Shown piece by piece: positions 1-9,892 of a DNA stretch of 64,000 nucleotides (positions are counted from its first letter, which is position 1; every line of letters starts with the position of its first letter). The notes under the pieces are model-generated. The model saw only the letters and a program-made list of their open reading frames with translations. It did not search any database and was not told the origin of the DNA. Origin of the DNA: an uncultured bacterium (GTDB lineage Bacteria; Desulfobacterota; DSM-4660; Desulfatiglandales; JALVMZ01); the NCBI GenBank assembly GCA_965613025.1, contig CBFDUE010000003.1, forward strand, positions 3,363-67,362, given 5' to 3'. The translations under genes were made by a program, and so were the position numbers.

Positions 1-87
1 GCCTGATCCTCCTTTTTATAAAGTAAAGGGTAAGGCTAAATAATACTTGTCAATTCATTCAAAATCCATCTAAATTTTATTTTTAAT

Positions 88-813
88 ATGAAGCTCTTAA
101 AAAGATATGATCATATCCTTATAAGATTAGTCCCTCCTATATGTGCCCTTCTAATTAAGGGCATAATGGGTTCATGCAGAGTTGTGGAAATCAGAGGAGA
201 AAGTAGAGCCAAAGAGGCAATGAAAAAATCCCCTGGAGGTGTTCTCTATGTGACGTGGCATCAGAGGATGTCATACAATTTCTATCTCTTTGGTTTTAAA
301 AATATCAATATGCTAATAAGTGAAAGTAGAGATGGAGAATATGCTGCAAGAATTGCACATGGGATGGGTTTTAAGAGTATTCGAGGATCCTCTACAAGGG
401 GAGGAACAAAGGCGTTAAAAGAGCTTATAAAAAGGCTTAGAAATGGAGAGTCAGCAGGAATACTTGCCGATGGTCCCCAAGGCCCTCCAAGAGTCTCTAA
501 GATGGGCCCCATAATTATTGCAAAAGCAGCAGGGATTCCCATTTTACCAGTGCTTTGGGGAGCAGAGAGATGTTGGATACTCAATTCTTGGGATAGATAT
601 ATGATACCAAAGCCCTTTACTAAGATAGTTATTAGTTATCAAGATCCTATCTGGATTCCAAAGCACATAAAAAAGGAGCAGATGGAAATCTATAGGAAAA
701 GGCTTGAAGATGTATTAAATAAAGGGGCAAAATGGTGCGATCTCTATTTTGGAACTGAAAGACCATGGAGGAGGACCTTTAATCCTCATATACCAGAAAT
801 CGGCCCCTTATAG
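88..813 (+). CDS. DUF374 / lysophospholipid-acyltransferase-like protein
   Basis: 241-aa ORF. The WHQRM...ESRDGEY...RGSSTRGG...DGPQGP pattern resembles the DUF374 family. Confidence 0.65.
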   Translation: MKLLKRYDHILIRLVPPICALLIKGIMGSCRVVEIRGESRAKEAMKKSPGGVLYVTWHQRMSYNFYLFGFKNINMLISESRDGEYAARIAHGMGFKSIRGSSTRGGTKALKELIKRLRNGESAGILADGPQGPPRVSKMGPIIIAKAAGIPILPVLWGAERCWILNSWDRYMIPKPFTKIVISYQDPIWIPKHIKKEQMEIYRKRLEDVLNKGAKWCDLYFGTERPWRRTFNPHIPEIGPL

Positions 814-888
814 ATAGTCTTATTTTATCTATATTCAGGTTTAAGAAGGCTTTAATTATAAATAATTTTTTTAAATCTTCATCTTTTT

Positions 889-1305
889 TCATACAGGTTC
901 AAATGCAAGATATGTCTCTTCTTCTTTACCATCGGTTATGTGGATAAATTTAACCTTCATCTCTGTACCAATCTTAATATTCTCTGGATCTTTAACATCC
1001 ACCCCCTCAATCCGTGCATCAACTTTGGCTCCCTCTTCGAGTTCAACCACACCAGAGCAATAGGGATTGTTACGATTATATCCCTGTTTCATCATAGAAG
1101 GCGGAGCAACAGAAATGCATGTAAAAGCAATGAGCCTGCCCTTTCCCTTCATCTCCTCCCATTCCATCTCTGTATTAAAACATTTTGTACAGAGGGCGCG
1201 GGGAGGGACATAAAGTGCCCCACATCTTTTGCATCTTGAACCCATAAGTTTTTCTTCTTTTAAAAATTCCTCATAGGATCTATCACTGAAGGCTCTCTCT
1301 TTCAT
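889..1305 (-). CDS. Zn-ribbon + OB-fold protein (DUF35 family), thiolase partner
   Basis: CKRCG...CTKC zinc ribbon followed by an OB-fold-like C-terminus. I used the internal ATG at 1305 (MKERAF...) because the longer track ORF (to 1470) overlaps the upstream thiolase by 160 nt. With the internal start it lies 4 nt after the thiolase stop. Confidence 0.8.
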   Translation of the reverse strand: MKERAFSDRSYEEFLKEEKLMGSRCKRCGALYVPPRALCTKCFNTEMEWEEMKGKGRLIAFTCISVAPPSMMKQGYNRNNPYCSGVVELEEGAKVDARIEGVDVKDPENIKIGTEMKVKFIHITDGKEEETYLAFEPV

Positions 1306-1309
1306 GGCA

Positions 1310-2575
1310 CTATCTCCTTTCAAGTATGGTAAATGTGCATGTTCCACCTGTGCCTCCCAGATTATGGGCAGCCCCAACCCTAAGATCAGGATTTGGAATC
1401 TGTCTCTTTCCTGCCTTTCCTCGTAGCTGAACCCAGACCTCATAGAGCTGGGCAATACCAGTTGCCCCAACTGGATGTCCTTTACATTTTAACCCACCAG
1501 AGGTATTAATCGGTATAGATCCATCCAATCTTGTTAAACCTTCTTCCACTGCCTTATACCCCTGTCCAGGTGGAAAGAATCCCAGATCTTCCATATGGAT
1601 AATCTCTGCTATTGAAAAACAATCATGGACCTCAGCAAATTGAATATCTTTGGGGCTGAGGCCTGACATAGAATATGCCTCTTTTGCAGCATACTTAGTG
1701 GCCTCAAAGGATGTCAGATCATCACATGCATGGAGCCCTCTTCCACTTCCCTGCCCAATTCCAGCGACATAAATTGGATCATCAGTAAAATTTTTTGCAA
1801 TATCTTCTGCAACTAATAGCATACAGGCCGCTCCGTCACTGATGGGGCAGCAGTCATAAAGATGCATTGGCCAGGCAACAACCGGATTTGCCCTTGGATC
1901 TCTTAAGAAATCCTTCTCATCTTCCCATCTTGGAATATCCAATCCCTTTTTCTTTGCCCTCTCTTTCTTCATATTCATAATATCTTTAATCGTATATGGA
2001 AACTGTGCCTTTGGATTTAGGGGGGCATTGTTGTGGCTTTTGATTGTAACATTCATCAGATGCTCCCGATTTGCACCATATCTTTCAAAATATGCCGTTG
2101 CAATAGCACCAAAGACACCAGGAAAAGTAAACCCTACCTTGCCCTCATATGGAATGGTGGCTAATGCCAGACCTTCTGCAACCTCCTCTGTGGTCTTTTT
2201 AGACATCTCTTCAAGTCCACCAACCAGGACCACATCATACATACCAGAGGCAATGGCAAAAACCCCCTCCCTGAAGGCCAGGGCACTTGATGCACATGCC
2301 CCCTCAGTTCGGGTTGCAGGCCTTGGTGAAAGCCCGATTAGATCAGAGATAATGGGCCCCCAGTGGGCCTGGTGCACAAAAAAATCATTTGTAAAATTAC
2401 CCAGATAAAGGGCATCTATATCGTTTACATCCATCCCTTTATCAACGGATTCAATCATCTCTCTAAACGCCTCTAAAAATAGATCCTTTGAATTCTTATC
2501 CTTAAACATCCCAAATCTGGACATACCTGCACCTACTACTGCTACACCTCTTGCCAATTTCCCTTTTCTCTTCAC
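1310..2575 (-). CDS. thiolase-like protein (SCP-x/archaeal-type acetyl-CoA acetyltransferase family)
   Basis: 421-aa ORF. Thiolase hallmarks are present: active-site Cys context (TEGACASS), C-terminal HDCF and NTSGG...GHPVGATG motifs. Paired with the DUF35 gene. Confidence 0.85.
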   Translation of the reverse strand: MKRKGKLARGVAVVGAGMSRFGMFKDKNSKDLFLEAFREMIESVDKGMDVNDIDALYLGNFTNDFFVHQAHWGPIISDLIGLSPRPATRTEGACASSALAFREGVFAIASGMYDVVLVGGLEEMSKKTTEEVAEGLALATIPYEGKVGFTFPGVFGAIATAYFERYGANREHLMNVTIKSHNNAPLNPKAQFPYTIKDIMNMKKERAKKKGLDIPRWEDEKDFLRDPRANPVVAWPMHLYDCCPISDGAACMLLVAEDIAKNFTDDPIYVAGIGQGSGRGLHACDDLTSFEATKYAAKEAYSMSGLSPKDIQFAEVHDCFSIAEIIHMEDLGFFPPGQGYKAVEEGLTRLDGSIPINTSGGLKCKGHPVGATGIAQLYEVWVQLRGKAGKRQIPNPDLRVGAAHNLGGTGGTCTFTILERR

Positions 2576-2814
2576 CTTTAACCTCCTTAAAAAGGAATTT
2601 TGAATTTTCTTTTATAAAACATAAAATCTGGTCTATTTCAACAATCTTTGTGTGATATAATATATAATTTTTTAAAAAGGATATATTCGATTTTTTCAGG
2701 CAGAATCAGAACATATAATGCAAGGAGTCTTTAGTATTTAAATTTCTTATTTTGGAGTTTTAAAGTCTCTGTTAATGTGTATAATTATCCAAATTCCTTA
2801 GAAAGGCAAGAGCT

Positions 2815-3645
2815 ATGAAGATAGTAGATTTTCATATACATATCACAAGAGCAGATCAATATAATAGCTGGTTTTTAAGGTGGCTTGAAGAGTTGGGAAA
2901 TATCAAAGAAGATCCAGAGGAATATTTAAATAAGATACTCAATTCACCTAAGAGTCTGCTTTCATATCTGGATAGTCAGAGCATCCATTATGCGGTATGT
3001 CTTGCTGAAGACAATCCTATGTTAACTGGCACCATATCCAATCAAGAGGTGGCTGAGTTCTGCTCTTATTCAGAGAGGCTTATCCCCTTTGCCAATCTGA
3101 ACCCATATACTGTAAAAGACCTAAGGGGTGAGCTTGAAAGGTGTGTAGAGATGGGGCATCAAGGACTTAAGCTATATCCCACATATCAGCATTTCTATCC
3201 AAATGATTCCAGACTCTATCCTCTATATGAAAAGGTTCAGGAATTAGGAATTCCTGTCATGTTCCATACAGGTTCATCCTCTTTCCCAGGGGCAAAGATA
3301 AAATATGGGGATCCTCTCTTCTTAGACGACGTGGCAGTGGATTTTCCCAATCTCACTATCATAATGTCTCACGCTGGTAGAGGATTCTGGTATGATAAGG
3401 CATTTTTTCTCTGTAAGCTTCACAAAAAGGTGTATTTAGATATCACAGGTCTTCCTCCTTCAAGGCTTTTAAGATACTTCCCTGAACTGGAGAAGATCTC
3501 TTCAAAGGTGGTATTTGGATCTGATTGGCCTGCCATTGTGGATATAAAAAAGAATATAGAGGCAATCAAAGCCCTTCCCATATCCCAAGATGCAAGGCTA
3601 AATATTCTGGGGCAAAATGCCATTAGGCTTTTGGCTCTAAAATAA
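2815..3645 (+). CDS. amidohydrolase-family (TIM-barrel metal-dependent hydrolase) protein
   Basis: N-terminal DFHIH metal-binding motif, later MFHTG and SHAG, and C-terminal FGSDWP, typical of amidohydrolase_2-type proteins. Confidence 0.7.
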   Translation: MKIVDFHIHITRADQYNSWFLRWLEELGNIKEDPEEYLNKILNSPKSLLSYLDSQSIHYAVCLAEDNPMLTGTISNQEVAEFCSYSERLIPFANLNPYTVKDLRGELERCVEMGHQGLKLYPTYQHFYPNDSRLYPLYEKVQELGIPVMFHTGSSSFPGAKIKYGDPLFLDDVAVDFPNLTIIMSHAGRGFWYDKAFFLCKLHKKVYLDITGLPPSRLLRYFPELEKISSKVVFGSDWPAIVDIKKNIEAIKALPISQDARLNILGQNAIRLLALK

Positions 3646-4755
3646 TTCAATCCCTTCTATCTTTTTAAGCCTTTCTAATTTTTCTCTAAGCTCGGCATTT
3701 GCCTCGGCCCTTGCCTTAAGTCTCCACATATACTGCTCTCTGGGATTTTTGGGAAGGGGTTTCTGTTCACTTTCCGGTTTTCTTTCCAGTTTAAGTGCAC
3801 CACTTGGGCAGGTAGATACACATAGACCGCATCCAATACATCTGGTCCTATCAAGTTTGACCTTTTCATCTTCAAGAGTTATGGCATCCATCTGGCAACG
3901 CTCCACACAGGTCCCACATCCCTCACATATATCTGGATCTGCACTTGCGATAAAGGGAGAAGAGACCATGAAGGCAGGAGCAGGATGTCGTTTGATATGA
4001 AGCAATACCTGGCAACAATCCCCACAGCAACAACAGATATTTACTATCTTTTCTGAATTACTTGGTTGAAGCACCAATGCCTCTTCTTCCGCTCTCTTTA
4101 ATATATCCAGTGTCTCTTCTAAGGTTATCTTTCTCCCTAAACCATTTCTTTCATAGTAATCCGCTGCCCAACCAAATATCAGACAGGCCTCCATCATCCT
4201 TCCACACCACTTGCCCTTGATCTCATGCTCCCTTCTACAGATACAGGGAGCTACGAGAATTTTCTTCTGCTCTCTTACCAGCTCTTCAACATTTTCATAA
4301 GGAAGAATTCTGGTTTCAGCTCTAATACTCTTTTTGACAGGAACAACCCTAAGTTGAGGAACATAATCAAATGCATCCTTTGCAAGATAGGGTATGTATC
4401 TTTCCATGTCTTTTATTAGCTCAATGTCCAAGTCCTTTACATGGTATTCCCAGATACCTACCACAAACTGGGCTGCCATAAACATAGGGGGTCTATCAGG
4501 TGTTTCAATACTAAATATTAGCCCCTTTCTTGACATCTTCTTTAAGGCCTCTTCAGCCTCTTTTTCTCCTATCCCTGCTCTCTTTGCAATCACTGAGGCA
4601 GGTTCAAACTTCCATCTTAGATGTTGAGCAAGTTCCGCCTCTTCTGGAGTAAAGAGCCTTTTAAGGATTCTTATCTCTAGCCCATCTTCTGTCTTTGGAA
4701 AACCCCCAGGGAGGGTATCCAGATGTTCTCTTAACCTTTCATATACATCTTTCAT
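3637..4755 (-). CDS. Fe-S protein with C-terminal 2x[4Fe-4S] ferredoxin domain and Cys-rich CCCCGDCC motif
   Basis: CEGCGTCVERC and CIGCGLCVSTCP ferredoxin motifs, plus APCICR and CCCCGDCC clusters. The N-terminus looks like a winged helix. Confidence 0.7.
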   Translation of the reverse strand: MKDVYERLREHLDTLPGGFPKTEDGLEIRILKRLFTPEEAELAQHLRWKFEPASVIAKRAGIGEKEAEEALKKMSRKGLIFSIETPDRPPMFMAAQFVVGIWEYHVKDLDIELIKDMERYIPYLAKDAFDYVPQLRVVPVKKSIRAETRILPYENVEELVREQKKILVAPCICRREHEIKGKWCGRMMEACLIFGWAADYYERNGLGRKITLEETLDILKRAEEEALVLQPSNSEKIVNICCCCGDCCQVLLHIKRHPAPAFMVSSPFIASADPDICEGCGTCVERCQMDAITLEDEKVKLDRTRCIGCGLCVSTCPSGALKLERKPESEQKPLPKNPREQYMWRLKARAEANAELREKLERLKKIEGIELF

Positions 4756-4898
4756 AGGATTTCCTCCTCATAGATCTAAAAATTTTGTCTCTTTTAACAT
4801 CTTTTCTGTCTAATTTAAATACCTTAATATTTGACCCCTCTGTAAGCAGATTCTGGACATCAAGATATAGGAATGTCAGATAAGGAATAGAGTAAAAT

Positions 4899-6686
4899 CT
4901 ATTTAATTATTTGGATATGGAGATCATGGAGTTGAGCATCATCAATCTCAGTGGGCGCACCTGTTACAGGGCAGGTAGCTGTCTGAGTCTTTGGAAACGG
5001 AATTACCTCCCTGATGGAATCTGCCCCCGTGATTATGGTAACAAGCCTATCAAATCCAAGTGCAATACCACCGTGAGGAGGAGCCCCATATCTTAATGCC
5101 TCAAGGAAAAACCCAAATTTTAACTCTGCCTCACTTGGATCTATTCCTAAGATACGAAAAATCTTCTGCTGTAAATCCATCCTGTGGATCCTTATACTTC
5201 CGCCACCTATCTCATGGCCATTTAAGACAAGGTCATATGCCTTTGCTCCCACCTTTAATGGATCCTTATCTAAGAGATGGAGATCCTCATCTTTGGGAGA
5301 AGTAAAGGGATGGTGCATGGATTCTATTCGTTTCTCTTCCACATTATACTGAAAAAGGGGAAAGTGAGTGATCCACAAAAAACTGAATCTATTTTTATTT
5401 AACAATTCCATCTTTTCTGCAACCTTCAATCTCAGATTGCCAAGGGCTGCCTCTGAAACCTCCTTTTTATCTGCAACTATTAAGATGAGATCACCTAAGT
5501 GAAGATCCATCTCTTTTCCTAATTCCTCTTTTTCTCTCTCATTAATATACCTGGTAATAGGGGAGCTCCACCTATCTTCCTGGATCTTTATCCAAAATAG
5601 ACCCTTTGCTCCCTCCCCTTTAACTACGGACTCCAACACCTCAATATCCTTTCGTGAAAACCTATTACCTCCATCTTTAACCTTTATTGCCTTTATCCTG
5701 CCATCTGAATCTATGGTATTCTTAAATATCCGAAATTCACTCTCTTTAAAGATAGATGATATATCCTTAATCTCCATTCCAAATCTGGTATCTGGCTTAT
5801 CAGTTCCAAATCTCTCCATAGCATCTATATAGCTCATTCTTGGAAAAGGAATGGATATATCAATATCAAGCACCTCCTTAAAAAGATGGTGGATCATCTC
5901 CTCTACCACCTCCATTATATCCGATTCCTCCACAAAGGACATCTCCATATCAATCTGAGTAAATTCTGGCTGGCGATCTGCCCTTAGATCTTCATCCCTG
6001 AAGCACCTTACAATCTGAAAATATCTATCACATCCTCCGATCATAAGTAGCTGTTTGAAAAGCTGTGGAGATTGGGGAAGGGCATAAAATTTTCCTTTAC
6101 TTACTCGGCTTGGAACAAGATAGTCCCTTGCGCCTTCAGGGGTACTCTTTGTCAAAAAAGGGGTCTCTACCTCTATAAAGCCTTTTCCTGAAAGGAAATT
6201 CCTGACAGTTAATGCTATCCTGTGTCTCATCCTTATCTTTTCAAATACCTGCCTTCTTCTAAGCTCCAGATAACGATATCTGAGCCTAAGAGTTTCAGAT
6301 GCATCAATCTTTCCATGGATCTGGAAAGGCGGAATATCAGAGCTATTAAGTATCCTTAACTGCTCTGCCTTAACCTCTATCTGACCAGTTGGAAGATTGG
6401 GGTTTTCCTGTCCCTTTAATCTCAGAGCCACTTTCCCCTTTATAGCTATGACCCATTCATCTCTAAGACCATGGGCCTTTTTATGGGCATCTTCAGAAAC
6501 AGTAGGGTCAAAGACCACCTGAGTTATTCCTTCCCTATCCCTCAGATCCACAAATATGAGCTTTCCAAGATCCCTCCTTCTCTCTACCCATCCCATTAAA
6601 ACCACTTCCATACCTTCATGCTCTTTACGAAGGCTGCCACAGTCATGGGTCCTCTTCCACCCTTTCATCCCTTCAATTAGATCCAT
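4899..6686 (-). CDS. aspS: aspartate--tRNA ligase
   Basis: 595 aa. N-terminal OB anticodon-binding domain and a class II core (FQIVRCFRDEDLRADRQPEFTQID, GGGSIRIH, APPHGGIALGFDRL). Confidence 0.95.
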   Translation of the reverse strand: MDLIEGMKGWKRTHDCGSLRKEHEGMEVVLMGWVERRRDLGKLIFVDLRDREGITQVVFDPTVSEDAHKKAHGLRDEWVIAIKGKVALRLKGQENPNLPTGQIEVKAEQLRILNSSDIPPFQIHGKIDASETLRLRYRYLELRRRQVFEKIRMRHRIALTVRNFLSGKGFIEVETPFLTKSTPEGARDYLVPSRVSKGKFYALPQSPQLFKQLLMIGGCDRYFQIVRCFRDEDLRADRQPEFTQIDMEMSFVEESDIMEVVEEMIHHLFKEVLDIDISIPFPRMSYIDAMERFGTDKPDTRFGMEIKDISSIFKESEFRIFKNTIDSDGRIKAIKVKDGGNRFSRKDIEVLESVVKGEGAKGLFWIKIQEDRWSSPITRYINEREKEELGKEMDLHLGDLILIVADKKEVSEAALGNLRLKVAEKMELLNKNRFSFLWITHFPLFQYNVEEKRIESMHHPFTSPKDEDLHLLDKDPLKVGAKAYDLVLNGHEIGGGSIRIHRMDLQQKIFRILGIDPSEAELKFGFFLEALRYGAPPHGGIALGFDRLVTIITGADSIREVIPFPKTQTATCPVTGAPTEIDDAQLHDLHIQIIK

Positions 6687-7953
6687 TATTATCTCTCCCA
6701 GATAAGATCTCTTTTAGGTTATCTATGAGATTATCCATATAGATCTCCTGCTGATTCCCCTCCTTCATATCCCGAAATATCACCTTACCCTTTTCAAGCT
6801 CATCCTCTCCTACAATAACAGCTGCCTTTGTTCCCATCTTATCTGCCATCCTGAGTTGAGCCTTTAAGCTCTTAGGACTATAGCTCATCTCTGCCCTTAT
6901 ACCATTATCCCTTAGAAGCATCATCCATCTTGTCCCTATCCTTTTAGCCCTATCACCCAAACAGGCAATAAAGATATCTGGAAGGATTAGAGCAGGCTTT
7001 AGATCATCACTGATAAGCGATATAAGCCTTTCCATTCCAATTGCAAAGCCTATGGCAGGTATTTCAGGCCCACCCAGTGTCTTGATAAGTCCGTCATATC
7101 TGCCACCACCCACAATCGCATTTTGGGCACCCAAAGAGGAACTCTGAATCTCAAAGGCAGTTCTTGTATAATAGTCAAGACCTCTTACAAGTCTGGGATT
7201 TAGCTCATATTCCACCCCATTTTCCTTTAACATATCTAAGAGATTCTGTAGATGAGCCTTACATTCAGGACACAGAAAATGAAGGATATTGGGAGCCTTA
7301 TCCATTGCATCTCTGCAATCAGGCATCTTACAATCAAATACCCTAAGAGGATTACTGTCTGCCCTTCTTTTACAGTCTATACATAGGGTGTCTTTAACCG
7401 TCTTTAAATATCCGATAAGTTCTCTCTTAAAGAGGCCTCTACAGTTGCTACATCCAATGGAATTGATATATAAGGTAATATCTTTAATTTGAAATATCTC
7501 CATGAGCTTCATGGATACCACTATGATTTCCATATCAGATAGAGGACCAGGATCACCTAATATTTCCGCATTCAGTTGATGAAACTGTCTGAATCTGCCC
7601 TTCTGTGGTCTTTCGTGTCTAAACATGGGACCAATGGTATAGAGCTTTAGGATCTGGGATCTATTATAGAGCCTATTTTGAATATATGCCCTGACAATGG
7701 ATGCGGTGGCTTCAGGTCTAAGTGAGATGGATCTTCCCTTTGAATCCTTGAAGGAGTACATCTCTTTACTTACAATATCAGTCTCTTTTCCGATGCTCCT
7801 TTTAAAGAGTTCTGTATATTCTAAAATTGGGGTTCTGATCTCTTTAAAGCCATGCAGGTGAAAGATTTCCCTTGCCTTTGATTCAACCCACTGCCAAAGT
7901 CCTGTTTCTTCTGGTAAGATGTCCCTAAACCCTTTAATTGCGCGGATTTCCAT
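6673..7953 (-). CDS. hisS: histidine--tRNA ligase
   Basis: 426 aa. Class II motifs (MFRHERPQKGRFRQFHQ, GGGRYDGL) and a C-terminal anticodon-binding domain. Overlaps aspS by 14 nt. Confidence 0.95.
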   Translation of the reverse strand: MEIRAIKGFRDILPEETGLWQWVESKAREIFHLHGFKEIRTPILEYTELFKRSIGKETDIVSKEMYSFKDSKGRSISLRPEATASIVRAYIQNRLYNRSQILKLYTIGPMFRHERPQKGRFRQFHQLNAEILGDPGPLSDMEIIVVSMKLMEIFQIKDITLYINSIGCSNCRGLFKRELIGYLKTVKDTLCIDCKRRADSNPLRVFDCKMPDCRDAMDKAPNILHFLCPECKAHLQNLLDMLKENGVEYELNPRLVRGLDYYTRTAFEIQSSSLGAQNAIVGGGRYDGLIKTLGGPEIPAIGFAIGMERLISLISDDLKPALILPDIFIACLGDRAKRIGTRWMMLLRDNGIRAEMSYSPKSLKAQLRMADKMGTKAAVIVGEDELEKGKVIFRDMKEGNQQEIYMDNLIDNLKEILSGRDNNGSN

Positions 7954-7958
7954 GGTTA

Positions 7959-8168
7959 TTATCTTACTTCAATCTTCTGGGCATCTATATTCTTTTTGTC
8001 AACGGATTCAAGCTGTGTGATTCTGAGATCAATTAAAGATCTAAATGCCTTAAGAAACTCTATCTTTGACTGTCTAAGATGTCTTCTAAATTCTGACTCT
8101 GAGCCAAAAGCCTGATTTACGATACTAATTATCTTAGTAAGTGGACAGGATACCTGCTCATTTTTCAT
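7959..8168 (-). CDS. hypothetical small protein (69 aa)
   Basis: ORF lies 5 nt upstream of hisS on the same strand. No recognisable motif. Confidence 0.4.
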   Translation of the reverse strand: MKNEQVSCPLTKIISIVNQAFGSESEFRRHLRQSKIEFLKAFRSLIDLRITQLESVDKKNIDAQKIEVR

Positions 8169-8337
8169 GACCTATCACACCTCCTTTATAAAGATTTGGA
8201 CTTTTTATATTTTCTTATATTATCCTTCTTTTGATCAATGGAATATTTTTAGTATCATAAATTTTAGCTTGAAGAGGGACTATTTTTAAAGAGAAATGAC
8301 TGATATTATTAAAATTGATAGTAAAACAATTCTTTAA

Positions 8338-9552
8338 TCAGCCCTCTAAGAATCTGATCTCTAAATGATCCTCTCTCCATTTTGCAGTGATATCCTTTGC
8401 TGAAAACACCTGGCGTGGTAAGGGAATATGTCTTTTAAATGCACCTATCCTAACTACTAATTCATCTTCTATACGGTTTAACTCTATATCTTCCTTCTCT
8501 ACAAATGGAAGGGTAAGCCTTAGAATATAACAATGATCCTCTTTTTTAAGACTATATGGATCTCCTCTATAGAAGTGCTCTAATGGGTCTCTATCCCCAT
8601 ATAACCTATCGGCCAGCTCCCTTAGCCTGTCATAGCCCAATGCCTCGGATTTCATTAGATCCAGATAGAATATAGGAATAGGGTTGAAAAATTCCTGAAC
8701 CCTCTTTATATAGCCATCTTGGACTCTAAGCCAATCCTTAAAGAATTCCGTATTAGACAGGGATATATCAGGTATAATCTTGTTAATTATGATACAATCT
8801 ATGTTCATATGATATAGATAAAAATACATTAATGCCCTCTGTGTCTCTTTTATAACCACCTTTTCAGGATTGGTTATAAGTCTTACTGAGGTGATGGTGC
8901 GATTTAGCAGGATCTCATTTATTCCTTTAAGCCTGTTAAAGAGTCTTTCAATAGAGTCAAAATATTCCTGATCTGGGATGGGCACATCATACAGCCTCTT
9001 TAGCACTCCCCCAGCATATCTTGCAATTGCCCTTTCCATCTTAAATATCTTTTTCATATACCACTCTAAGGTAGTAGGAATACTTATGAAACGGATGGAT
9101 TCTCCAGTTGGTGCACAGTCAAGAATAATTACATCAAATAGGGATTCCTTTACATACTTGTTAATATATAACAGAAGACTTACCTCTTCCATTCCAGGGA
9201 GAATGGCAAACTCCTCTGCCAATACCTCATCTAACCCGGTGGTATTTAGAAGTCGTGTAAGATACCTATGGATCTGTCCCCAGTTTCTCTCTATCTCCTC
9301 AGATATATCTATCTCCTGAATCCAGAGATTCTCTTCTACCTGAAAGGGCTTTCCCCTGTTCTGATCCAAGAGGCCCTTTTCAAGGTCAAATATATCAGAG
9401 AGGCTGTGAGCGATATCTAAGGAGATTATGATTGTCCTGTATCCTAAGGAGGCACTCTTTATACCAGTTGCAGAAGATACTGTTGTCTTTCCTACCCCGC
9501 CTTTTCCGGCAAAAAAGATTATCCTTACTCTTCTATCCATACAGATAGACAC
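8338..9552 (-). CDS. ArsA/GET3-family ATPase with C-terminal HSP20-like domain
   Basis: Deviant Walker A GKGGVGKTT near the N-terminus. The C-terminal ~100 aa (YILRLTLPFVEKEDIELNRIEDELVVRIG...) resemble an alpha-crystallin-like fold. The start may be the internal ATG at 9540. Confidence 0.8.
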   Translation of the reverse strand: MSICMDRRVRIIFFAGKGGVGKTTVSSATGIKSASLGYRTIIISLDIAHSLSDIFDLEKGLLDQNRGKPFQVEENLWIQEIDISEEIERNWGQIHRYLTRLLNTTGLDEVLAEEFAILPGMEEVSLLLYINKYVKESLFDVIILDCAPTGESIRFISIPTTLEWYMKKIFKMERAIARYAGGVLKRLYDVPIPDQEYFDSIERLFNRLKGINEILLNRTITSVRLITNPEKVVIKETQRALMYFYLYHMNIDCIIINKIIPDISLSNTEFFKDWLRVQDGYIKRVQEFFNPIPIFYLDLMKSEALGYDRLRELADRLYGDRDPLEHFYRGDPYSLKKEDHCYILRLTLPFVEKEDIELNRIEDELVVRIGAFKRHIPLPRQVFSAKDITAKWREDHLEIRFLEG

Positions 9553-9820
9553 TGTATTGGGTCTCTCTATTTAGGAGCTTATCGATCTTTTCCTGTATCT
9601 CCGCTCTATCAGGATCCTCCTTCCAGGCCTTCCAGTCTTCATAACTCTTCCATGTACTGATTACTAAATATTCTTCAGGGTCTTCAATATTTCTCCAGGT
9701 CTCCCCTGAGATATACCCTTTCTGCATCATTGCTCTGGATCTGAGCTGATTGAGAAGGGGTAGTATATCTCCTTCCTTGTCTTTTGGAATCTTTCGTCTT
9801 ATTATAACTTTTACTGCCAT
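9533..9820 (-). CDS. antibiotic-biosynthesis-monooxygenase (ABM) domain protein
   Basis: 95-aa ferredoxin-like ABM pattern (GYISGETWRN...YLVISTWKSYEDWKAW). Overlaps the ArsA-like gene by 20 nt. Confidence 0.65.
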   Translation of the reverse strand: MAVKVIIRRKIPKDKEGDILPLLNQLRSRAMMQKGYISGETWRNIEDPEEYLVISTWKSYEDWKAWKEDPDRAEIQEKIDKLLNRETQYSVYLYG

Positions 9821-9892
9821 AGCTTCCTCCTTGTGGATTAATTTATTATAATTAGGTGTATATTATCAAGCTAAAATATTGCGGAGACTCAG

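Noticed and set aside
889-1470. Full-length 193-aa track ORF for the DUF35 protein.
   Set aside because: The first 55 codons overlap the 3' end of the thiolase gene and look like out-of-frame read-through. The internal ATG at 1305 gives a normal 138-aa Zn-ribbon/OB protein lying 4 nt after the thiolase stop.
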